A stretch of 64,000 nucleotides of DNA from Sphyrna mokarran (Eukaryota), in NCBI GenBank assembly GCA_024679065.1, contig JAGIQG010000043.1:2480001-2544000 (forward strand), in the 5' to 3' direction. Of this stretch, positions 45,208 to 59,920 are shown one piece after another. The notes below the pieces were generated by a model. The model searched no databases and had not been told where the DNA came from. It was given only the letters and a program-made list of their open reading frames with translations. Position 1 is the first letter of the stretch. Each line of letters opens with the position of its first letter. The translations under genes were made by a program, and so were the position numbers.

Positions 45208-48200
45208 TTTCTGATAGCGGGTTTTAAAATTCTATTCTGCATTTTCGACTGTAATTGTGCAAGAATTAGTTAAAAATGTATCAATATCCGAGTTAACTAA
45301 ATATAGAAGAAAGTTTTCAATACCAAATATTACCTGTGTGATTCCGGTTTCTATAAGGATTTGGAATAAATATGTTTCCTGTGGCTCTTCAGCTAATTTA
45401 CAGAAACGTTTTTAGGGTGTGTTTGTTTGCGTTGGAGATGGTATTAAGGGCAGAACAGGAATGTGAGCAACTGGTGTGGGATTTCTGCTGCATGAATAAG
45501 CAATCTGCAAGATTAAATGTGTCCCAAACTTAACTGGATGTAACCTAATTTTTGGACATTCAATTGGATATTGGTAGTTAATCCTGAAAGAACATTATCT
45601 GAAATCCATATTCCCGTCTGATAACACTGCTCAAAGGTTCAATCCTTAAACAAAATGGATTCCTTGTTGTTTAGCAATACATGATAACAATTTCTAGTAA
45701 TCTGCTGGAGGAGGGCTCGATCATCGGGCAGAATTCCCAAGTTGTGTAAACAATTTACTCCTCGCATCTTCTTTGAACTTTCTCCCTCTCACCTTAAGTG
45801 CATGCCTCTTAATATTTGGCATTTTAAATCTTGCGAAAAATATTTTGAATGCAAACTCTGTTTTCACTCAGCTTCAACGCTCCAGTGAAAACAACTTCTG
45901 TATCTTCCCTGTGATTGTCCATGTGCTATATCAATAGTGCTAAATAAGAAGCGAGGACCATCATTTTGACCACGCCGCAGTGAAGGAATTAGAATAGGTT
46001 TCCAACATATTGCCTCTGATTGAGAGGGGAGTTGGTGGCGATGGTGTACGAGTCCTCTCTCTTTGTCCTTAAGGGCCAATAAGGTATGTATTTGTAAACA
46101 TCACAAAGTGAATGAAATAATACACACGCAGAGCCATTCTGAAAAAAAGCTTTTTTTTTACAATTATTGATACAGAAACGTTAACAACATAAACTTGAGG
46201 AGGCCATTTGGCACTTCGATCCTGCTCTGCCACTCATTTTGGTCAAGACTCATAATTCAACGTCCTGAATTTCCCTTTCCCTCACATCTCTCTTACACCC
46301 CAAAAGCTACTTCTTCTAATTCCTCGAACTCCATCTTGAAATCACAAAACATTTTGTACTCAGTAACAGTCTGTGGTAGTGAATTTCACGCATTGGCCAC
46401 TCCCTGGGTGAAGACATCTCTCTCCATCTTACATCTACAAAGTTTGCCCCTTATTCTCAACCAATTACCACTAAATCTGGATATCTCCACAATCAGGCAC
46501 GTTCTTTCTGGATGTACTCTGTTGAAACCTGATGGAACTTTAAAAGTTACAACGAGACCCCCTCTCACTCTCCTAAAATATGAAGAATTCAATCCGAACC
46601 GACTGGGTCTCTCCTGACCTTGAATCTTGGCTTCACTATCTGGAACCCCCATGACTTGCCTGGGTTAGCAAAAAACCTCATTTAATGTGCCGGCTGGAGA
46701 CAATACACATCTCTCTAACCTGTGCTCAGCCCTCCTTCCACTCACATTGTTAGCCACTTTATGACTTGAATAGCAGTTTAGGTGTACAGATTCGCATTCC
46801 AATCAGCAATCTGTAAACTGCCTGTGCTGATATGTGTGCTATTGCAGACCAGAAAACTTCATTCGCCTGACGAAGGCCATAAAGCTGAAAGCTTGCGAGT
46901 TTACTATCAAATAAATCGGTTGGATTTAAAACTACTGTAGTCAGACTTCTTTCAGTTTTTATCTCAGTCCAGCGCTGGCATCTCTACATCATCTCTCCTG
47001 ACTTGACAGACCTGTCACCTCAGGAATCAGCCTGGTGCACGTTCACTGTCCTTCCTGTAAAGCAAGAACATGCTGTCGTCAGATAAGGACCAAAAATGGA
47101 AAAAAAAACTCCAGATTTTTTTTGAAATCACATAACGTTTTGGGCTCAGCTACTTTATGTTGGAGTGAATTCCACACATTCAACACTCTGTGGGTGAGGA
47201 AAATTCTCCTTAATTCAGTCCAAAACCTGGGGCAGCACGGTGGCACGATGATTAGCACTGTTGCTTCACAGCACCAAGGACCTGAGTTTGACTCCCCATT
47301 TTCCTCACTATCTGTGTGGAGTATGCACGTTCTCCCTGTGTCTGCGTGGGTTTTCTCCGCACGCTCTGGGTTTCTCCCACATTCTGAAAGGCATACTAGT
47401 TCGGTGCATAGAGCCGAACAGGAGCCGACTGTGGCGACGGGGAGGACTTTCAAATTTCACACTAAGTTAATTGCAGTGTTAATATGAGCCTTACTTGTGT
47501 CTAATGCATTTCTTTTAAACTTGAAAAGGTTTACGCATATCCTCACGGTTGATCCCTGCTTCGTGACACAATCTGCTTGCACAGAAACGGGAAAATATTG
47601 GATGGACTGTGGGTGAATAAATTTGAAAAGCAGTGGCAACCTTAGTGAGTTATTTCAATGCTCCCTCGACGTGGAGAATACACTGCCTGCGGATTGGCAG
47701 AAATCTTCACTTGTGAATTATCTTTGACTTGTCTTCCAAACTGGGCGTTGAATAAACAAACGGTCATGATGTCACATTCATGAGGACACTGTCAGTGAGG
47801 TCATTCATACAGTAGACTGGCCTTTGTTCATGGTATCAAAGCTGGTAGCAGACACTCGGTTTCAAGCTGAGCGCCAAGTTGTGTCCTCCTCAGGCACCTG
47901 TGTGCGTGCACTATGTCAACTATAAAAACAAGCAAACCACTGACAATTTCTGGCTCGATTAATTTTCCATCAGTGGTGTAAAGTGGACAGAATCTTGGCT
48001 AGCGACTTGCGCCCCTCGATATCCTCTGCACACCCCAGAACATGTGAGCCGTCCTCATGTGGGTAGAAGCTAGGAGCCGTGGGAAGAGACAATGCGTCTC
48101 TTTGCTGCCACACCAAACCGTCTATTATAGGGTCCACTGACTAGCTTCACTTTCATTCTAGGTCGTGCACTTATGCAGGACAGTTCAGGCACTCAGTTCC

Positions 48201-48734
48201 CATAGTCAGAAGCCAATCTACAAATTCATCCTACAAATCTCTTCATATTAAAGGAGAAGCGATGGCTGAGTGGCAATATCGGTGGACTATTAATCCAAAC
48301 ACTCAACTGCTGTCCTGCCGACCCTGGTTCTGATCCCGCCGCGATAGCTGGAGGAATATGAATTCAATAGAAGATATCTGGAATTCAAAGTCTACTGATG
48401 ACCATACAACCACTGTCTATTATCAGGGAAAACCCCCCAAAATTCCTTAATACCATTTAATGAAGGAAATCTGCTCTCCTTATCTGTTCTGGCCTACATG
48501 TGACACCAGACACAACAATGTTATTACTCTCAACTGCCCTTGGGCAACCAGGGATAGGCAAAAATTGCTGGACAGCCAACGATACCCAAGTTCCATGAAT
48601 ATGAGATCCTTTTGCGGCAACGTGCGTTCCCCATCATTGTACTGAAGATTATGTGAGAAGGTTCCTGAAGGGTCTTAGAGAATTTACACGTTTCACTGCA
48701 GAACTAAGTCATGTTTCCAATGAGAGAATCCAAT

Positions 48735-50360
48735 AGAACATAGAACATAGAACAAAACAGCGCAGAACAGGCCCTTCAGCCTTCGATGTTGCGCCGACCA
48801 ATTATGAAAAAAGCAATGACCCTCCAAACTAAACCATTCCCTTCTCTTCCATAAACTTATCAACTAACGTCTTAAACGCCACCAAACTGTCTACCATCTC
48901 CAATGCCTCCACATCTTTCTTATAATGTGGGGACCAGAACTGCACACAATACTCCAAGTGCGGCCGCAGTAGAGTTTTGTAGAATTGCAACATGACGTTG
49001 CGGCTCCGAAATTCAATCCCCCTACCAATAAAAGCTAAGACTCCGTATTCCTTCTTAACAACCTTATCGACTTGATTGCCTGCTTTCAGAGATCTATACA
49101 CATATACACCAAGATCCCTCTGTTCATCAACTCTATTAAGAATCCTACCATTAGCCCTATACTCTACACATTGACAGAACACACAGGCATTACTCAACTT
49201 TGAGGGCAACAAGGGGCGGACAAGGGGCGGAACCGGAAGTTGCCCTTTCGGAGAGCGGCTCAGGGAATGAATCCGACTCCCGCCGATAACAACATCGAAC
49301 ATCAGCCTCCCCGCGGCCCCGCCACAGCCTCCCGGTCCCTCCCGACCCGGCTAGGTAGTATCCCAGTACTACCCGCTGCATGGTCGAACGGTCGGCGACT
49401 AAACTGACTACCTCACCAGGCTTACCTGCGTGGGGAGGGTGACTAGACTCCCAGTAGGATAAAAAACAAGACCTACAAAGGGCGGATGAACCCTTTCTTG
49501 GGGTGAACGGCCATCTAGTACACACGCGATGTGAAACGCGAGAAGGGCATTCCTTACATAGTAGCATGGTTTTGGCCGTTCACTGCAACTGATCCTCTAC
49601 CAGCTGTCCTGGTCTCACCTTGCCGCTGGATCGAAGAGGGGATGTCGAGAGGGTGAGTCTGGACTTGTGCAACTCCTTACTCACCTAAATCTACTCACGC
49701 ACACGCTGTATCCTTCAGAGGAGTGGGGGCTCCTCAACAATTTAAAGTCCTGCAGCGACAGACAAGTGCCAAAGCGGTAGGCTTGACCGGCTGGAAGCCA
49801 TAGGCACGATTCTACATGCAGGCAGCAGGAGGAGAGTGGCCGAATGCGGGTTACAGAGCAGAAACCCCGTGAGGCAGCACCCCCTGTGTCTGAGCAGCCC
49901 TATTCAGGGAGGCACTGCTACAGAGGAGCAGCACTAGAACGACGTAGGAAACGCCACAGTGAAACTCCCGCTCCAACACCCACAGCAGATCTCGCCTGCC
50001 AAGTATGCAGAAAGCAGTGCCTGTCAAGGATCGGATTATACAGCCACAGCAGAACACACACATCAAACCCCCAAAACAGAACGATCAGAAAATAAACGAA
50101 ATGAAGGAAACCATCATCATCCCTTGGGATGGATAGCGATAGATAGATAGACTCTACACATTTGTTATTCCTGCCAAAGTGCATTACCTCACACTTTTCC
50201 ACATTAAACTCCATTTGCCACCTCTGCAACATGTCTAAGTCTCTCTGCAAACTATAACACCCCTCTTCACTATCTATCACTCCACCGACTTTGGTGTCAT
50301 CCGCAAATTTACTAATCCATTACTAATTACTAATTACTAATTACTAATCCATCCTTCAAT
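48735..50360 (-). mobile_element. CR1 fragment (48735..49172 and 50151..50360) split by an RTE insertion
   Basis: CR1 RT sequence is collinear across the insert; ACTCTACACATT is duplicated at both junctions. Confidence 0.9.
49173..50150 (+). mobile_element. RTE-clade non-LTR insert (978 bp) with 12-bp TSD
   Basis: The 3' part encodes the RTE C-terminal Zn knuckle CQVCRKQCLSRIGLYSHSRTH and ends in (GATA)n. TSD at 49161-49172 and 50151-50162. Confidence 0.85.
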
Positions 50361-52974
50361 ATTTGCCCCATTAACAGTTCCAAGTGTTTTGTCTGTTACA
50401 ATGATGCATATTAACCCTTTGCAATAACTGCAACATTGATCGGGATTCTATTATTTATTCTCATTGGGATTTGAAGTCTTAATTTAGCTGATAAGGTGAG
50501 GGCTGATGTTTAGCAGGCACATTTTAAAATTAAAATTTGTATTGGTTTGAAACACCACTTGTAGTTCGTTTGCTTCCCCCTCCCCTCAACGGAAATCTGA
50601 GTGAACAGCTCCCTCAAGGAAACGTGAGCGAATGATACATTTCATAATGCTGACCAGTAACTTCGTCACTCTTTTGGTCGAGAACTTCAACTTTCTTATG
50701 TCCAGATCACCAGCAATCTGTCCTGGTACCTTCATGCCGAAGATACGGTTAGGGAAGCTCACCAACCCCTCTAATTTCTCAGTCGGCTAAGGAAATTCGG
50801 TATTTCTGCTAGGCCTCTCAAAAACTTTTACAGATGCATTGTAGAAAACATCCTCTCTGGATGTCTCACAGGTTGGTACGGCTCCAGCTCTGACCAACAC
50901 TGCAAAAAACTACAAATGGTTGTGAATGAGGCCATCTGCATTTTATTGTTATCAGATAATTTAATCAAATCTGATGAACTCATTTACCTGTCTTATTGGC
51001 ACTTCCTGAAATACGCTGGGGTCCATCATCCGCTGGACACTTCTAGTTGAAATTTGTTACAACAGATTCATCCTTGCATTTTGCACTGATGTGCCTTGCT
51101 CCCCTGACATTGAACTTAGAAATATGATTGGAGCTTCCTAACCTGTTAACTATCGCATTTAATATCTCCACTCCCGACTGAATGGAGCAGGACTGCCATT
51201 GACAATGATCTGCTCATTGTGGGGCCATTTAACTCTGTCTACTGCATGCTGTGTTCGCTGTTTGTCAAGCAAGTCTTCCCGTGTTGTACCTTAACGATGT
51301 TACATTTTATTTTTAAGGTTCTCCTCCAGTCAGTGCATCCTTCAAGTGGATTTCAAGATGGAGGAATATTGACGCATGAGCTGAGGCGGATAGTATGAGG
51401 CAAATAACAGAACGTTTCCTTGCCCATGGATGCGCTTTTGGCAAGTAACGTCTTGTGCTCCAGAGAAGATGTTGGGAACTCAATGCATAAATCTGCGATT
51501 CTATCCCCGTTCGGCCTTTGCAGTACTGTAGCGCCACCTCAGGGATGGTGTTAGTAATGTCTAGGACTTCCTCTGCCGGATGTGATTTCCCGAGTATGAC
51601 GGTTTACAGACTTTTGTTTTCCTACTCCAGTTAAGGGTCGGCGTGTTTTGTTGGGGGTGGGGGGGGTGGACAGAAATGGTTCAGGAAGGGTATGGGTAGA
51701 GAATGCATTTCATCTAAACTTGGAAAAGGCCCCTCAGATGTTATTAAGATCTACTTTGAGGAGTCAACAGCGTTGACTTCGCATGTTTTTATTTCTGCTT
51801 TTGTTTTTGGCGTCTCCATCAATGTTGGACATTCTTCCTGATCTATTCTTATTGTAATGTTTTTTATACAATGGGATCACATAACAGCTATCTCAGAGGT
51901 CCGGAATTTTAAGTGGACAAAGTCAGAGTGAGCGCAGAGCGAACATTTCATTCTCAAAATGAGAGCAAAATATGCAATGTTTCTTTATGACGATCGTTCA
52001 CCGTTTCAGGGTCCCTATAACCACGACGTGTTTTTGAATGATTATTATAATTATTTCCGCTATTAACTGAATTTTAATTCCACATTTTCCCAATCTTATT
52101 GTATATGCCAAACGGATTTGTCAGAATATGTCGAAGGATATGACCACCAGTGCGTTGTGCATCTGTTTTACAATTCAAGTGGTCTAATTCTGGGAAATGA
52201 CATATTGATTTCACAATTAATGGCATGGTTTTTCATTTGAAATATTTTATGATCAATATTCATCCCAATTTGATTATGATCCACACGCCAGCTTCCTGTT
52301 CTATGCACAACAAATGAACTGATATGAGGCTGATTTGACACCTACATACATACATCAGTGGGGGTGAATAACCAGAAACTGAAAGCATTTTTCTTCATTG
52401 AACAAAGGCCGATATGAAGACAAGACGGAGGCTAGAAGTTAAGTGGATTACCTCAGATTTCCAAACGGATCCGCTGCAGTCAGGGATAGGAACTAAACGG
52501 TCAATCTTAATATCGAAGAATCTCAATAAACAACTAAACAATGTTAAGATAAAGGGTTTCTATTAGTAATATCGATAATAATATTTTAAGAAAGACATGA
52601 TTGATTTCAATGTGTTTTGAAATTTCCACAGACGAGTGACTTTGAGCATCCCTGGGATCTTACTTCCCTACACAAACACTGGATGGCTTGTGGTAATACT
52701 ACTGGATCTATTTTACAGATTATATTGCTATAGGGACTGCACCTTAAAGGTGTGTTTATTTATGTGTCTAACCAGGTAAGAATCTTTGCTGGAAAACGTT
52801 CTGTAAAAAAATAATGTTAATAGTGTAATGTAATCTCTGTGATTTTTTTTGTTTCATATTTAATGAATACATAACTTTAATATTTAGAAGTATTAAAGGT
52901 GTTGTGGAATTTCTGGCACCTGAACTCTTACACCCACCTTCTTGTAGAAAGGGACAAGTCAAAGACGGACGAAA

Positions 52975-53710
52975 TGATGTGATTTTTCGTTGTCACGTGT
53001 ATTGGGATACAGTGAAATGTATTGTTTCTTGCACCCCATATCGACAAACATACCAGTCAAGAGTACGTACAGATAGGGAAAAGAGAGGGTGCACAATTTA
53101 ATGCTGCACTTACCCATTTTGTGTGGACAAAGTTCAGCTGAATATGTGATAAGACTATTCTAAAGCCCGACAGCAGCAAGGAACACACTATCCTTGAGTC
53201 GGTTGGTACGTGTTTGCAGATTTTTGCGTAATATTCCGGATAGAAGATGGTGAAGGAGAGTATGTCCAAGGCGTATTGGGTCCTTGATTATGCTAGTTGC
53301 TTTTCTGCGGCAGCGGGAAGTGTAGACAGAGTCACTGGATAGGAGGCTGATTTGCGTGACGGACTGAGCGACGTTCACGACTCGTGATCATTTCTTGTGG
53401 TCTTGGAGCAGGATACACACGAAGCTGTGTTACATAGAGAATTGATGCTTTCCATGAGTCTTCTGTAAACTTTGGTGAGTTCCACAGTGGACATAACGAA
53501 TTTCCAGAGACTCATGAACCATTGGTTGCCTTTCTCAACTATTGCACGAGGGCGGAAGGGTCAGGGCATGTTGCTGGTGATGTGAACACATAGAAATTTG
53601 AATCTGCCGACCATCCCTTCTTCATCATCTTTGATGTAGACGGGGGCGCGTCATCTACTATGCTTTCGAAAGTGGGTGACCATCTTCTTCCTTTTGCTGA
53701 CATTGATAGA
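52975..53710 (-). mobile_element. Rex1/Babar 3' fragment
   Basis: RKATSIIKDP...RTNRLKDS motif and the same 3' tail. Confidence 0.75.
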
Positions 53711-54509
53711 CAGATTAGCATGCTAACCAATGTGCCAACGTGGAGGAAAGATGTTTCCCTGAGTAGACATTCAGGGCCATTTTGCAAAACGCCTCATCGC
53801 CAGAACTTACAAGCGAGATTGCTCAGTGGTGAGAAAAGCAACACTCTCCCTCTCCCCACCCTCCCTACCCCTCCCCGTCAGATCTTTCCAACATACCTGC
53901 AAACTCTCTTGAACGACGTTTTGCCTTTGAAGTGACAGTGCTGGGAAAAAGCCCAATGTCCATTTCTTTTTGCAAAGAACCGTCTTAGAAAAATGTTTTT
54001 ATTTTGCTTAGGTTCATCCTGTGACACGGGACGCTGGCTCTCGGGGCTGTTCCCAGGAATGCACACCAAAACAAGCATCAACTCTTGCCGCAGGATAACC
54101 AATTTATTGAAATATGTTCTTTTGCCTGCTCGGAATTAGTTGGTCTGTTTTCTTTTTATTCATTTATGGGGCATGGGCGCCTCTGGCTGGCCAGAATTTA
54201 TTGCCCATCTCTAGTTCCCTGAGGGAAGTTGAAATTCAAGCATATTTATGTGGCTCTGGAGTCACATTGTAGGTCACAATGTCAATACACGGACGGCAGA
54301 TTTCCTTTCTGAACGACAGTTTTGAATCAGATAGGTATCTCCTGCAATCGACAGTATTTTCATGGCCATGAGTAGATTCTTATTCCAGAATTTTTTTTTA
54401 TCTAATTCAAAATCTATCAGTGCCTGTTGCGGGATTCGCACTTAGTTCCCCAGAACATTAGCTGAGTTTCTGCATTAATAGGACAATGTCACTAGGCCAA
54501 CGCCTCCTT

Positions 54510-55000
54510 AGAACGTAGAACATAGAACAATACGGCACGAATAGGCCCTTCGGCCCACAAGTTGCGCTGATCACATCTACCAATCCACAGACCTATCTAT
54601 AACTCCCTATCCTATTCGTTTCCATATACTCATCCAGAAGTCGTTTAAAATACCACAGCGAGTTTGCCTCAACAATCTTCGACAGCAGCTGATTCCATTC
54701 ACTCACCACCCACTAAGTGAAAAAATTACCCCTAACATCCCCTCTGTATTTGCTTCCCTGCACCTTAAATCTATGTCCTCTCGGAGTGACCATTTCAGCT
54801 CGGGGAAATAGTCTCTGAGAGTCCACCCTATCTATTCCTCTCAACATTTTATAAACTTCTATCAGGTCGCCTCTCAACCTACGTCTCTCTAGTGAGAAGA
54901 GTCCCAGCTCAACCTATCTTCATAAGGCCTGTCTCCCAATCCAGGCAGCATCCTTGTAAATCTCCTCTGCACTCTCTCAATAGCCTCGACATCCTTCCTA
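54510..55000 (-). mobile_element. CR1 3' fragment
   Basis: Similar to 37701..38130, with a CATAGAACAATAC tail. Confidence 0.88.
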
Positions 55001-57429
55001 TAGTGAGGCCTTCTTCCAGAACAAAGAGTTGGACACGACTGAGTGTTGTAGGCTGGCACAACCGAGGACTATGTGCTGAGGAAAGGCCTAAAACCTGAGA
55101 TAGCCGCAGCAGAGATGGAATTGAGAAAGGTCGATGTCTTAGACAGTACAACGAGAGCCCAGCGAGGGGAGAAACGACCCCCCCCCACCTCCCCCAGCTC
55201 CAGTCTCTATGATTCACATTGAATGCATACATTCAATAGTAATTGTATCGCAATCACTTAGAAATAACTCGGAACATAACCTGATCTGTGTAGGCAACTT
55301 AAATCCCGTTGCCCAGTCTGGATTTAGGTAAGAACAGCATATTTGCAGTGAGGGAAAATTACCTAGGAGAGAGATCTTTTTACAATATAGACACAGTAAG
55401 AAGTCTCACAACACCAGGTTAAAGTCAAACAGATTTATTTGGTAGCACAAGCCATGAGCTTTCGGAGCACTGCCGTCAGGTAAATGGGAGTTCTGTTCAC
55501 AGTCAGGGCATATAAAGACACAAACTCAATTTACGAAATAATGGTTGGATTCGAGACTTTACAGGCAATCAAGTCTCAAAGGTGCAGACAATTGTGAGTG
55601 GTGAGAGGGTTAAGCGCAGGTTAAAGAGGTGTATGTTGTCTCCAACCAGGACAGTTAGTGTGATTTTGCAAGTCCAGGGAAGTCATGGGAGTTACAGATG
55701 TGCATGCTCAATCTCACATGAAACTCTTCCCACTAACAGGTCCACTGGAACAACACTTGTTGTTGTGCCCGTTGTTCTCCCGCAATCGAGTATAAAACGT
55801 GGTAGTCCAATCTCCTAAGCATGCTAGCAGTTGCTTTGTCATACTATCATTTAAGTTTTGAACCGTACGTTACACCAGCCTTTGGTTGAAAAGTGATCAG
55901 GTGCTGCTAATACTTGTTGGTAATCTTTGGAGAGCATGCATTGCTAGGAACCGGCGCTAATAAAATCCTCGACCTTTGTGGGAAACGTCATCCTGGTATT
56001 CGATATACACTGGCACCTTGACATGACATAATATCTAGATCAATGCCTGAGAAGTAGTGTAGCCCTCTCGGTGCACCTGCAACCCCTTTAAGTACAAGTG
56101 CACCATGATTAAACCCAAGGAACTCTTTAATGCCTACAGGCACTGATGCCCCTTCCAGCGCACTCCCAGATGTGTAGGAAAACAAAGGGAGGGCGTATTT
56201 GATTTTCTTTGCACCGATCGCATGAGCTCAGCAACTGTGATAAGAACATCAGGAAGATATCTCGGACGAAGCTCCAAATGAGCGCGTTATTTCAAATAAT
56301 CTCAGGGAGACCCTTATTTCGCTAATTTGATGGCCGTGCTGCGGGCGGAAAAATAATCGGATAGCTGAGGAGGGACCCCGTCCTCAGCATGAAGTAAGCT
56401 TCCTTAATGAGGTATGGTTTCATGTTTTCAGAGGGTGGTCCTTCGGATTCGCCTTGCAGGATCACTGACGAATTTTAGATAAGATAGAATCATTAGAGGC
56501 GTTAATTTGTACTCCTACCACTGGAAAGGTCCCCAAAACATTTAGAGTCTTTATTATCCCTTTCCAATGCTGGTAAGTGAGCCAGGCTTATGGCAACCAG
56601 AGATGTTGCAATGCAACAACATAAACTATCTGGATTCCAGATCGCTATTCCTGAAGATATTTGTAGGCTAACAATAAAGTAGAGCGATATCAGGACAGAG
56701 ACTCTGGGGAGAAAGGGAGGTGGGACTGGTGTTAGGTGGAGAAGGAGTGTGGAATTGCCTTAACCACTTGTAGAGGCCGAATAGGTATTGCAAAGAACAA
56801 AGAACAAAGAACAAATCCGCACGGGAAACAGGCCCTTCGGCCCAATGAGCCTGCGCCGCCATTTTAACATTGTGAGTACCCTCGTCTACCTACACCTTTG
56901 TCTATGCCTACTGGGAAAGATTGAAGGGAGACTTATTTAGGGCCAATTTTGTAACACCAATATTGTTAATGTTTGGTAGCTAATTAAATAAATCATCTGA
57001 ATCTGTTGATGGAAGTTTTGGACACCAAATACAGCCCCAGCTCTGACAGAGGGTATCCAGAACCGTCAGCTCAGAAACGTTGCTCTTACTCTCCCTCCAC
57101 TGATGCTGTCAGACTTGCTGAGATTTTCCAGAATTTCCTGCTTTTATTTCAGAACCCAGTACTAAATTGCTTTCAGCCAGTTTATTAGAAGTGGCTTTAC
57201 AACTCTCCTCGACTCTTGGAATCTGTAGAGTCGGCTTATTTTCCCATCACCTTTTGAGAATTCATCCTGTTTGCTATTGATAGCTGAAATCGCAATCGTA
57301 GACATTTGCTCAACTGTAGAATTATTAATTTTCTCAGTCTGCTCAGATGCTGACGGGGAGGGGACATGGTCACAATGCCCTATCATTACATATGTCACCA
57401 TTGTAGATGCCAGATCAGCCTTCTCGAAG

Positions 57430-59390
57430 GTGAACCTACGGAAAGCGATGGAATGGTATGGGGTACCAGGATGAGCACTCAGATCCTATGCAGATCAGCT
57501 GGCGGGAACATTCACAGAAATCTTCAGTCTCTCTTTCCAACAGCCTGAGGTCCCTTTCTGCTTCTAGAAGACAATCACCAACCCACTACCAAAGTAAAAC
57601 CAGCTTGTGTGTCTTAAAAACTGTGGTTAGGTGGCTCTGACATCCATCACTATGAAGATCTTTGAAAGGCTAGTCATAACATGATCAGTTCCAGCCTCCC
57701 AGACTGCGTGGATCCACCACCCTTTGCCTACAGTCGCAAGAAATCCGCACAGAAGCCATCTCCCTGGCCCTGCACTCAACTCTGGAACATCGAAGTAACA
57801 AAAGCAACTATGGCAGACTCCTTTTCATTCACTACCGCTCAGCCTCAACACCATTATTCCTACCGAGCATATCTCCAAGCTCAATGGCCAGGGCCACGGT
57901 CCCTCCCTCTGCGACTGCATCCTAAACTTCCTAACCCATAGAGCACAATCAGTAAGAATAGGCAACATAGAACATAGAACATAGAACATTACAGCGCAGA
58001 ACAGGCCCTTCGGCCCTAGATGTTGCGCCAACCAATTAGGAAAAAGCAATGACCCTCCAAACTAAACCATTCCCTTTTCGTCCATAAACTTATATACTAA
58101 CCTCTTAAACGCCACCAAACTTGGCGCATCTACAACTGCCGCAGGCAGGGTATTCCATACCCTAACCACCCTCTGGGTAAAGAACCTACCTCTGATATCC
58201 GTCCTATAACTACCACCCCTTAATTTAAAGCTATGTCCCCTCGTGCTAGCTTTCTCCATCCTAGGAAAAAGGCTATCACTGTCCACCCTATCTGAACCTC
58301 TAATCATCTTATATGTTTCAATAAGGTCTCCTCTTAACCGCCTTCTTTCTAACGAAAACAACCTCAAATCCCTCAGCCTCTCCTCATAAGACCTGCCCTC
58401 CATACCAGGCAACATCCTGGTAAACCTCCTCTGTACCCTCTCCAATGCCTCCACATCTTTCTTATAATGTGGGGACCAGAACTGCACACAATACTCCAAG
58501 TGCGGCCGCACTAGAGTTTTGTACAGTTGCAACATGACGTTGCGGCTCCGAAATTCAATCCCCCTACCAATAAAAGCTAAGACTCCATATGCCTTCTTAA
58601 CAACCTTATTGCCAACTTTCAGCGATCTATGCACATATAAACCAAGATCCCTCTTTTCATCAACTCTGTTCATCCTACCATTAGCCCTATACTCTACACA
58701 TTTGTTATTCCTGCCAAAGTGAATTACCTCACACTTTTCCACCCTGAACTCCATTTGCCACCTCTCAGCCCAGCTCTGCAACTTGTCCAAGTCTCTCTGC
58801 AAACTATAACACCCCTCTTCACTATCTACCACTCCTCCGACTTGCTCCAACAACACTTGCTCTGATGATGCTCAGCACCGGTGCCCCCGAGACTGTGTTC
58901 TCAGCCCCCTACTATACTCCTCATGCATCTATGACTATGTGGCCAAATTCCCCTCCATCTCTATTTTCAAGTTTGTTGATGACATCACGGTCATGAATCG
59001 AATCTCAATCAATGTTGAAACAGAATACAGGAATGAGACAGAGAATCTTGTGGACTGATGTGGCCATAATTATCTCTCCCTCACTGTCAACAAAACGAAG
59101 AAGATTGTCATTGACTTCAGGAAGCGTAGTAGAGAACACGCCTCAGTCTATATCAGGGAGGACAAATTAAAATGAGTCAAGACCATTCCTGATATAGCTT
59201 TTCTGCTACCATCAGACTTTGAATGGATCTACCTTGCATTCAGTTGATCTTTCTCTACATCCTAGATCTGACTGTAACACTGCAATCTCACCCTCTCCTT
59301 TCTTTCTCTAGTGCTTTGTCTGTAGAGTGCATATGAAACAATATCTTTTGCTGTTAACTCATACATGTGACAATAATAAGTCCAATCAAT
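57430..59390 (+). mobile_element. Degraded Rex1/Babar-clade LINE (interrupted at 57965..58845)
   Basis: Decayed motifs VALTSI.MK.FERLV, SAFNTIIP and TGAP..CVLSPLLYS, and a 3' tail ...CATGTGACAATAA. Confidence 0.75.
57965..58845 (-). mobile_element. CR1 copy inserted inside a Rex1/Babar element
   Basis: 264-aa RT C-terminal ORF; Rex1 sequence continues on both sides. Confidence 0.92.
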
Positions 59391-59399
59391 ACATAGACC

Positions 59400-59920
59400 T
59401 GCACACAGCCAGAATCTCTCTGCCTCTCTTATTCATACACAGGTGCACACATAGCCGAAATCTCTCTGCCTCCCTCACATGCACACACACAAGCAGAATT
59501 TCTCTCGCACAAAGGCATAACCAGGGTCTTTCTCTCTCTCTCACTCAAACGCACACACGTGTAAACACGCAAACACATACACCTTTACCAATGTACCTTC
59601 TGTTGGATACTGTCAGAATAACACAACCAAGTATACGTGTGCGATCGCGCCCGTGCGCCCACACACACATACACACACACACACACACACACGCACACAA
59701 CGTAGACACACCTTTCCTGATACTGTCAGAATCACGTACCCACGCACACACACAGATAGCCAGAATTACTCTCAATCTCTCTCTCTGTTTCTCTTACATT
59801 CTCGCACACAAATGTACACACACCTTAACCAATCTACACACACACACAGACACACACACACACACACACAGACACACACACACACACACACACACACAAC
59901 ACACACACACACACACACGC
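59400..59920. repeat. (CA)n-rich low-complexity tract
   Basis: Direct reading. Confidence 0.9.

Noticed and set aside
51525-51545. CTCF-like motifs (also near 39690 and 60565)
   Set aside because: Partial matches judged by eye; they cannot be told from chance without PWM scoring or ChIP data.
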